Below, in pieces: positions 54,421 to 64,000 of a DNA stretch of 64,000 nucleotides (within the stretch, counting starts at the first letter, position 1; each line of letters opens with the position of its first letter). The position numbers and the translations under genes were made by a program. The notes under the pieces were generated by a model that was not told the DNA's origin, made no database searches, and was given only the letters and a program-made list of their open reading frames with translations. This DNA is from Eledone cirrhosa (lineage: Eukaryota), in the NCBI GenBank assembly GCA_964016885.1, contig OZ024740.1, positions 303,242,001-303,306,000 of the forward strand, in the 5' to 3' direction.

Positions 54421-55054
54421 AACATTAAAGTATCAGGCCTTAACATACATGTATATTCCTGATAAACTGTGTGTGTTGGTAGTTGAAGTATACAGGTGAT
54501 AGCTTCGTCAGAGATGTGTGTCTAACTAGCTGTAATGTAGTTTACAGTTAGTTAGATACTCACCTCTGATGAGGCTATTAAATGTGTACTTTCGTCGCTT
54601 CCCACGCAAACCTTTACCAGAAACATATATGCAAAACACTGATATTTTGACATTTAATGCCATATTTCTATTTTTGTGTGCGAAATAGATTTAAGCATTT
54701 CTGGATTGGGGGTGGAGCCAAATTTGGTCAATTTAGTTGATTTAGTTGTTTTAGTTGTAGTGAATATTTTAGCTATTATTATCAACCAAGAAATAAAACA
54801 ACTTCAATATGCGGTATATATAACATGTACATAAATTTTAGCGCATATACAAATAGATGTATGTTTTGGTAGTTTGAGGAGAAAATATAATGCGGGAATT
54901 CAGTTCATAGCCCACTGCCTCCCTCCAGTTCCACCTCACCTGTTAAGCAGAAGATAATTTCAAACACCAATACTCATGTATCGATAATAGGTTTTGTTTA
55001 GTCCCTTTCATGTTTGTAGAAGTCTCCTTACACATTAAGTATTTTCTTGTTAAC

Positions 55055-55235
55055 ATGAGAGGTCACAGAATGTGTGACGAAAAAACTTTGACGAACGCTC
55101 GTATAACTAATAATAAAGCTGAAGTGAAAATCAAAAAGTGAGTCCTTTTTTTATTTTATTGGCACAATGGCCCTCACCAAATATAACAATACCTTTTTCA
55201 ACACACTATTTCACATCAAGAATCTTGCAAAACAA
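55055..55235 (+). mobile_element. Degraded pLTR fragment of second PLE family
   Basis: GAGGTCACAGAATGTGTGACGAAA...TTATTGGCA...AAGAATCTTGC matches 54130-54355. Confidence 0.7.
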
Positions 55236-55879
55236 TATACATATGATATATATAAGAGATAAATTGTGGGAGTTGGGCCGCTGACAGCGAAGTTCTTGTC
55301 ATCACTGGCGGCTCACCTTACTTAGGTGTCAGGTGATGCCCGTGAGGGTGCCTGGCTATTTCAGTGCCTTAGCCTCATCATCACCTGTGGTAATGCTGCG
55401 AGAGTGTTGGCTTGCCTCAAAGTGTGTAGTTAACCCCGAAGATGTGAGGTGTGGCTGATTGTCGCACTTGGTGGTGAATTGCCCCTTCTCTTTTTTTCCT
55501 TTATCCTTATTGCTCAATGAGTTATACAAATGCTATTTTCATAATAAAACCAAAAAGGTTTAGCCAAGATATAAAAAAAACTTCGATATGCGATAAACAT
55601 AACATGTACATAAATTGTAGCGCATATACAAATAGATGTGTGTTTTGGTAGCTGGGGTGGGGGGGGGTATAATTATTGGAGGAGGGGTGCATGGCTGTCC
55701 TGCTGCCCCCCATCCACTGCCCCTGTACATTGAAATCTAATTGATAGTGGTAAGGGTATAATATGTACCAGTGTTATGCTGAGGTTGATGCAATTCACTA
55801 AACGTCTCCTTTTCAACATCCAGCCTTAAACAAGAACCCGAATACATAGGTTGTTAATATAAACATGAGTAAGAGCATA

Positions 55880-55992
<113 letters not shown>

Positions 55993-56163
55993 TTGTGCGT
56001 ACGTGTGTGTGTGTATATATATATATGTGTGAGTGAGTGAGTGTGTGTATGCGTGCGTGCGTGCGCGCGCGCGTATATGTGTGTGAGTGAGTGTGTGTGT
56101 ATGCGTGCGTGTGTGTGTGTGTGTATGTGTGCGTGCGTGTGTGTGTGTGTATGCGTGCGTGTT

Positions 56164-56194
<31 letters not shown>

Positions 56195-57772
56195 TTGTAT
56201 AGTCATGTATATACATTGACATAACAATGTATATTTGCACAAACGTGTGTTTGAAAAGTTTCATTTCATTATACTATAGCTATTATTTTGTTTTATAGAA
56301 ATTAATAATATATTCTTGTGAACTATCGCCGCGAATGACCTCAAATAATGTAGTGGATATGTACAATTGAAACATGAATATTACCAGCACAAAAGTTGCT
56401 TTGTTCATTCAGATATTCATTGTTTATTAGTCAGGAGAATATTGACGCGAAGTGACTCCATCTGTATGTGAATAATGGAAATAGTATAGACTGTTATAAC
56501 GACTGCGTTTTATATTTCGGTTTGATCATCATTCTGTGAAACTCAATGAGAAATAAGGAGCAAGAAAGCTTTTAGGACGATGCGCTAATGGATTTGTCGT
56601 GAGGTAAATACCATTTTCACTTGCTTTGATATCCGGAATGATCAATGGAAAGCAGAAAATCTAATATCATTTGAATGGATTAGAATTCTTTTTAACGCAT
56701 CAAATTGAGTCCCTGATCACAGCCCATGCACCTACAATCTAATCGCCTTTTATAAGACCTTAATTTTCATGAAATCCTAAATGTTCATCTGATTAATTCT
56801 CTAAGATACCACTTGAAGGAATTTAATGTTTCAAATCCAGTTTGTCTAAGAAACTCCATTGCCCTTGTAAATGCGTGAGAATATTCAATTAGATCTCATT
56901 TTAGTGAGACGTTTGGTATTGTCAACTATTTTCTATTCATTGGTTGTTGTTGATCAGTTTATCAGAGAAAAAGACAGGTATGAATCATACATCACTTCCA
57001 GAATTCAACATAGAGAGTGGTGAGGGAGAAGTTTTTGATGACATGTCTTTTAATATAATTTATAATGACTGGTATGATGGTTTACAGCAAAACTATTAAA
57101 CACTTCAACACTGTTTTCATAAATTCATTTAGTGACTTGCAGTATTATAGAACAAGTTTGAAAGAAAACAGGTTCGAAGCTGGAATAAGCTGTTCTGAGA
57201 AAAAGCACATTACAACGTTAAAAGTCGCAAACTATATGCATTATCACGATCTTTAGATAGGTCTTTTTCACCAGTCTTAATTCTTCAAGTACTCTTGGGT
57301 CTCGAATAAACTCACCTGAAAATGAGTACCAGCAATGCTGAGGGGGGGGGGGGGGGGGGGGTTAACTCTGCGATGGACTGGGAGAGTCTTGAACTCTCAG
57401 TTGCATAACGCCACGAAACCGGGATAAGCACCGGCCTGATGAACCTCTTGGCTTGAGACAGACTTTAGACTAGATTTAGACTGTAAGAATGTAAGAATAA
57501 GCTTATAGGGAAAACGCAGGTGAAGTGAGAATTTTACAGAACTACAAATCTGTGACGGAAACGGAAAAGAAAGCAAAGTGTTTAGTACAAAATCTGTGAA
57601 GTGAGACAAAATAAGGTATGTGGACAGAAGGGAGAAGTCTTGGGTAGAAGGGGAGTGCAGCTTTCTGGCTCAGATGAATAGGGTTTAATATCGGTATAAG
57701 AGGCTGAGTATGTAAATAAATATTCGGTAATCTACCGAGTGTGTTGCTTTTTTTATTGTTTTGGGTGATGAG

Positions 57773-57962
57773 GATGGTGGATTGGCAGTATCGGTAGAGC
57801 ATCGGACAACATGCTTTACGAATCAGAGTTACGGCCCTTTACGAACTGAGTTCAGATTCTGCCGAGGTTAATTTTGCCTTTCATCTTTATGGGATCGATA
57901 AAATAAAGTACCAGTAATGCACTGGGTAATTGCTGGCCTTGTGCCAAAAGTAGAAACAATTA
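57773..57962 (+). mobile_element. SINE family A
   Basis: Full-length match. Partial copies also at ~29373-29488, 46888-46950, 47430-47538. Confidence 0.85.
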
Positions 57963-58024
57963 TATATTGGGTAAATCGTGAGAATTTTGAGGCCTGTCAT
58001 ATGTAATGGGTTTGGTTGTGTTTG

Positions 58025-60433
58025 TTTAACGAATGGTTAAAATGAATTAGTTTATAGTTAGAAGTTGTTAGATGGATTAACATGAATAATAGTTGAAATA
58101 ACAATAATATAAAGAATAAATGATTTGGTTATGTATGGTTTACTTCACGTGAATCAATTAAAAGGTACAATAAACAAGTTACCATAAGTTGCAAAGATTG
58201 ACAATATTATTTTGTTGTTGATGTGAGACTGTTGTAGTCTGTTGTTGTTGGTGGTGTGAAAACAGTGAGCGACAGATAATTGTTGTTGGAATTTGGAGTC
58301 CGTGGTAGTAGTTGTGAGACCGTAGTTAGTAAGAGAGAGAGAGATATGGTTTGTATACCTCTGTTATGGTCTGTCGTAACTGTGAACTACCGTAGCCTGC
58401 AGACAGCGGTAAATCTTCCACATTTGTATTCTGTAGTAATAGGGCTCCAATCGCTCTGGGTATTTCTGTAGACCTCGTGGGTCTATTGATAGTGGTGAAT
58501 CCTTACATAGTTTGTTATAGGTGTAATGCTCCGATGTATCTCCTGATGTAGGATGATACAGGCTCTATATATAGCTGTCGCTTCCTGTCTCCCACCTTGA
58601 GGGAATAGTCAACACATCAACCTGTCTACACCAAAAGGGTGTTGACCTAGAATTTGACCTTTAGGTGTCACCCAAGGTTCAAGGCACGGGCAGATTTCGC
58701 TACATTAGTTCCCTACCCAGATCGAGGCAGGAGAAGCGATCGATTATAAAAGGGGTAGCGGAATCTGATTCCTAGAAGCGTATCCCAAAACACACAAAAT
58801 GTGGGTACTGCGCCCGCATTTCGAGTATAGAGAAATTTGGAGAGAGAAAAAAATATATAGTATAACTGAGTATGCATGTGTGTGTGTAACATTTAGAAGG
58901 AACTGTAAAAATACAAAATTGTGATCATGTATTTCGAACTGTTGTGTATGGGTGGATGGGTTACGGTATCGGATTACGATATGACAACACAGAGGACTAT
59001 TTCTCTCGATGTATCATCATACATAAGATTCTCTTCAGTGAGTCGAGGTCTACGCTATGACATGAGTGTTTGCAATTTTGAGTTGCGTGCTCAGTGAGTT
59101 GAGCGATTAAGTAACTGTGGTTTGATTATCATGTGTTAAATAGCTATTGTCGAACCTTGACCAATTAATCTCGATGTATTATCATACGTAAGATTCTCTT
59201 CCCATGAGTCGAGGTTTATGCTATGACATGAGTGTGTGCAATTTTGAGTTGCGTGCTCAGTGAGTCGAGCTAAAAGTAACCGTGGGCGATTATCATGTGT
59301 TTCATAGCTTTCGCCGTACCTTGACCAGTCGAAAAGTGATTCCGAAGAGACCCAACCGAATCCAGAATATACCACAGACAAAAGCATGTTGGTATGTGAC
59401 AAGGAAAATGATGTATGTTTGATGTAAAACGTGTTATTCATACAGGTATATAATACAGTAAAACGAATAAAAAAAAATAAATGACATTTATATACAACCT
59501 GTAAAAAAATATATATATATATATTTTTATAATTGTTCTTTACAAAAAGTTCTGTTTTCTCTTCTTTATGTGAATCTTTTCTTGCTAGGAAGCTAGTAGT
59601 ATTGTTTATTGTTGTTATTGGAGGTTACGAAGCAAGTGAAGTGTTTGGTAACTGTATATTGCTGAGGTTGGCAAATAAAGCCATGATCAGATCAAATAGG
59701 CTGCGTGTTATTTTTTTTTTTTAAATACCACTTCGTTTTTGTTTTTAATTTTTTTTTTAAATCAGGTCACCAATTTAACGAAGGGTAAAAATGAATTAAG
59801 TAGTAGTTATTGTTAGATGAAATAACTATAATAATAAGAATAACGAAAATATAAAGAATAAATGATTTGGTTATATATGGTTTACTTCACGTGAATCAAT
59901 TAAAAGGTACAATAAACAAGTTACCATAAGTTGCAAAGATTGACAATATTATTTTGTTGTTGATGTGAGACTGTTGTAGTCTGTTGTTGTTGTTGGTGTG
60001 AAAACAGCGAGCGACAGATAATTGTTGTTGTTGTTGGAATTTGGAGTCCGTGGTAGTAGTTGTGAGACCGTAGTTAGTAAGAGAGAGAGAGATATGGTCT
60101 GTCGTAACTGTGAACTACCGTGGCCTGCAGACAGCGGTAAATCTTCCACATTTGTGTTCTGTAGTAATAGGGCTCCAATCGCTCTGGGTATTTCTGTAGA
60201 CCTCATGGGGTCTATTGATAGTGGTGAATCCTTACATAGTTTGTTATAGGTGTAATGCTCCGATGTATCTCCTGATGTAGGATGGTACAGGCTCTATATA
60301 TAGCTGTCGCTTCCTGTCTCCCACCTTGAGGGAATAGTCAACACATCAACCTGTCTACACCAAAAGGGTGTTGACCTAGAATTTGACCTTTAGGTGTCAC
60401 CCAAGGTTCAAGGCGCGGACAGATTTCGCTACA
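58025..60433 (-). mobile_element. Non-autonomous LTR retrotransposon (Gypsy-like signals, no ORFs)
   Basis: Direct repeats 58025-58704 and 59774-60433, each TGTAGCG...CGTTAAA on the minus strand; PBS-like TGGTGACC (59765-59772); purine-rich GGGTAGGGAACTAA before the 3' LTR; 4-bp TSD TTTG at 58021-58024 and 60434-60437. Confidence 0.8.
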
Positions 60434-61129
60434 TTTGTTCCTGGTATAAGATGTAGTTTTCTTCTTGTATATGAGTTGATCTCAGATTGTTGTCGTGTAC
60501 CTGATCAAGATCAGAGCTCAGCGACCAGTTTCCAGAGCCCATCACGAGGAGGTCTACAAACTTCAACCTCTAAAATATAGTATAAAACTATTTCTTTGAT
60601 ATATATAAGTATTGTGTGTTTGTACAGCTGAAACAACTAGGTTGTCGTGTCATCATGGAGGGAATGTTTCCGAAATCTTCGTTAATTAAAGACAGTACAG
60701 ATCTGCCTTGTAGTATCTATCTTGCCTCTTTACCTTCCGAATTTAAATTCTGCAAGAGCTTCTAATTTCATCGATAGCCAGGGGATCACAACTGATTATA
60801 AAGCTGCAATGAGAGGAAGAGCCGTTTGTTACTACTGTCGAATGACAACAACGACCACGGCAACAACCCGAACCCACAACTACGACTATAACCACAACCA
60901 CAACTACCACCCCAACGCAGCTGCATAAAATCCTTTACTCTATTTTGTTTTGCTTCTCTACATTCTGAATTCATCAGATCAAATGAATACTAGTCAGGAA
61001 CGGACGTCGATTTTAATCCATCGCCTAAATTTGAGGATTTTTGTTTTACCAACTTCAGGATGGTAAAACGTAAATGCTATACAGGTGGAATTTTAACATG
61101 TGTTGAAGAGTAATAAATAAATACATTTT

Positions 61130-61334
61130 CAGACCTGCCAACCTCTAAAAAAAAACCAAACGGGGGGTGACATGAAAAAAAGAGCTCCAAAAACGCGGAT
61201 AAATGAGGCAAAACAGATATTTTATATAATGAAAGCTATACCCGTTTTCACAAGAGAAGACATCTCTCACCCACCCAAAAGTGGGGGAGAGATCTCCCAG
61301 TCAGACGGTTGGCAGTTGACAGTTGACAGTTCTG
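61130..61334. mobile_element. MITE with CAGACCTGCCAAC termini (second copy 30850-31040, opposite orientation)
   Basis: Internal sequence shared (GAGATCTCCC, GAGAGATGTCTTCTC, TATAGCTTTCATTAT); flanks CATTTT/CATTTT. Confidence 0.65.
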
Positions 61335-61769
61335 CATTTTAATCTGACTCATAAATCTTTACCATCTTCGAATTGATTTATAATTAGTTTCTTTGTTAAT
61401 ATTGCTTATGATTTGACAGTCTAAAAAACTCTCTCAAGACACGTCATCAATAACTAAAAATAAAGTGAAAGTGAAAGTTATATAGTGCGTGTGTTTCTTT
61501 CTATTGGCAATATTGGCAACGTGACCATTCCTAAATATAACATATCATAAAGGTCCATGGTATATAAACAGATAGGATGGCCATATCTGAGATGTCCTTG
61601 ATCGTGCGATTACACGATCATGTTGATCTTGGTCTAAGAAACGAAATAAAATGTTGATATGGGTGGGGGCGGAATTAATATTATTCTTTCAACACTCATT
61701 TATTATAACATTTACCGTATTTCATTAACTTATCTACCCGGAACACGATTTTTTTAAGATAACATGCGC

Positions 61770-61834
<65 letters not shown>

Positions 61835-62500
61835 ATGTAAATACGTTAATCAGGATGTAATCCCTAGCAACCAAACGGAAGAAAACCAAGTTAAACATTG
61901 ACGTAGCAAGAAAATGGACCAATCAAAGCTTTTGATTTGACCAAGATTTGCACAAGCTCTGATGATTGACAAGGTTTTTCGTATTTTATCAATGATCAAA
62001 GCTAAATAATTCCACAATTAATCAGAAGTACAGATACTCACACGAATCTTACCACCAGCTGTTCATATTTTCTCTATTCCTTTCATCGAGAACCTAATTA
62101 CCGATAATTAGTGAAATTAAGTGCCGAGACAACAAACGTAACACTGGAGAATAGAATATATGTGATCGTTATTTTTGCTTTTCTCTTCATATTATGCATT
62201 TTTTAATAACAGTTCTATATTTAACGGCTGCTCGATATGTATGTATGTATGTATACCTAAAAAGGTAGTCCTAAGTAGGTATGGCAGAGAGATCTACTTT
62301 GTGGCATTAAACAGTCACTGCATTCTACTTAAACGAATTATTTATTAATTAACCATAATAAGCTTAATTTTCTCCTACTTCCAACGCGAAAGATGGGGTG
62401 GGGACATAACCTTATAATAGACTGATATCTTACCCAGAGAAGAGAATAATTTTACAAATGTTTAATGCCAATTAACGAGTGCATCGCGTCAAAGAGGTTG

Positions 62501-62610
62501 AAGAAGAAGAAGAAGAAGAAGAAGAAGAAGAAGAAGAAGAAGAAGAAGAAGAAGAAGAAGAAGAAGAAGAAGAAGAAGAAGAAGAAGAAGAAGAAGAAGA
62601 AGAAGAAGAA
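62501..62610. repeat. (GAA)n microsatellite
   Basis: Direct reading. Other long pure arrays: (CT)n 10235-10326 and 61772-61828; (GT)n 32264-32354, 47895-48006, 55882-55991. Confidence 0.95.
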
Positions 62611-63066
62611 TGTTTCCAAAAGTATTTATCCGATGCAAAATCTGCCCTTCGTTTCTTCGATGACACGACACCTCGCTGTAGTAACTGCTGTGTTTCGAAT
62701 AACGAATGAAATATAAGTGTCATTATAATATTATATCTGCATCGTTTGAGTTCGTGATTCTTAATTGTAATCTAAGCATCATTGCGTGATCTGTTTACAA
62801 TTCTCAATTGATCGGTCTGTTAGCACCAATGCTTTTATACTTTAACGCTGAGAGCAGAGACTATCATCCAATTCGCTCAGACCATTTAAGAAATTAATAT
62901 GTAACTCACTCACGATCTATAATCTCAGCCTGTGACAACAAAATCTAATCAAGTCAATGTGAAAGTTTCTACGTAGTCACTCAACTTGCTAATAATACCA
63001 GTCGAATTACCCGCATATCACAACCTAAATTCTTTTTTTTAAATTAGGCCACATTATATATTATAC

Positions 63067-63251
63067 TGGCGGTGGATTGGCAGTATCGGTAGAGGGTTGG
63101 ACGCCATGCTTTCTAGCATAGTTACGTCCCTTTACAGTCTGAGTTCAAATCCCGCCGAGGTTAACTTTGCCTTTCATCCTTACGGGGTCGATAAAATAAA
63201 GTACCAGTAATGTACTGGGTAATTGCTGGCCTTGTGCCTAAAGTAGAAACA
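63067..63251 (+). mobile_element. SINE family A, full length, 14-bp TSD
   Basis: ATTATATATTATAC at 63053-63066 and 63252-63265. Confidence 0.9.
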
Positions 63252-63289
63252 ATTATATATTATACGTACAAATGGATGACTGTATGACG

Positions 63290-63745
63290 CATATGTGTGA
63301 AGTACGAAGCTGCAATGTAGTGAAACATGGCCAGTGACTGCAGAAGGCATGCGTAAACTGGAGAGAAATGAAGTAGCTATGCTTCATTGGGTGAGCAACG
63401 TAAATGTGAGAGAAAGGCAGAGCTCGGATGAACTGAAGGAAAATCTGGGTTTAAGAGGAATCCGATGTGGTGTGCAGGAGAGAAGATTGCGTTGGTACGG
63501 ACATGTGATGCGCATGGATGATGATCGATGGGTGAAGAGGTACTAGGAAATGCCAGTGGATGGAAACCGCAGTAGAGGTAGACCAAGAAAGACCTGGGCA
63601 CGGGGGGGTGAGAGCTGACCTCAAATCGCTGAGATTCACAAATGTCGGAGAAAAGAGGTGAGTGGAGAGATGCCATGTTGAGAACGACCCATTCAACCCA
63701 TGCGAGCGTGGGAAAACGGACATAAAAACGATGATGGTGACGAAG
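63290..63745 (+). mobile_element. RTE-clade LINE 3' fragment
   Basis: ETWPVT..MRKLERNE..ML.W...RRLRWYGHVMRMDD.RWVK..*...GNRSRGRPRKTW; 3' end CCCATGCGAGCGTGGGAAAACGGAC..(GAT)n-like tail. Confidence 0.8.
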
Positions 63746-64000
63746 ATATACTGTGTTTGAAAATAAAAAGACGGGATCGATGTAATTGGATTGACTTACA
63801 TTGAAAGTCTGGCCTGAGATTAAACAACTAGATTTCTTTCGGTGAATAGTGGTTTGTTGTTATTGTTTAGTTACAGGTCAGACCTAAATGTGCTGTTACA
63901 ACCAGCCCATAATTATTTAAAGACAGTAAGTTTGAGGGAAATTTGGCTGTTAGTCCTGGCAAGTCGAGTAACGATGTAAAGGCTCTCCCCGTTGAATTCA

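Noticed and set aside
56608-56732. Minus-strand exon with plausible splice sites
   Set aside because: Stops in all three frames.
60628-60928. Thr-rich mucin-like exon
   Set aside because: Thr runs lie in two frames with stops upstream; low-complexity ACA/ACC sequence without consistent splice phase.
62465-62723. Poly-K/E/S/L ORFs
   Set aside because: Pure (GAA)n microsatellite with no flanking coding evidence.

Overview
AT-rich, microsatellite-dense eukaryotic (animal) DNA. The SINE/LINE/Penelope repeat make-up looks like a coleoid cephalopod (Octopus-like); this is an inference. Nearly all ORFs in the supplied track are (TA)n/(CA)n artefacts. Only one host gene is supported: a minus-strand, multi-exon CD36/SCARB-family scavenger receptor whose first coding exons lie at 12.9 kb to 0.2 kb and which continues off the left edge. 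The rest is transposon-derived: a near-complete but decayed Naiad-type Penelope-like element (RT + GIY-YIG) flanked by ~550-630 bp inverted repeats that each carry a variant (U3-A8) hammerhead ribozyme; a second Penelope family (GIY-YIG fragment plus four pLTR/hammerhead copies); further isolated hammerheads; an R4/Dong-like LINE; CRE-like and RTE fragments; a head-to-tail non-autonomous Helitron array; a non-autonomous LTR element with PBS, PPT and TSD; many tRNA-derived SINEs with ATTAT-initiated target-site duplications; and several MITEs. The most interesting signal is the ribozyme-rich, (TA)n-associated Penelope system. No rRNA, bona fide tRNA gene or CRISPR array was found. Coordinates were read by eye; repeat boundaries are approximate.
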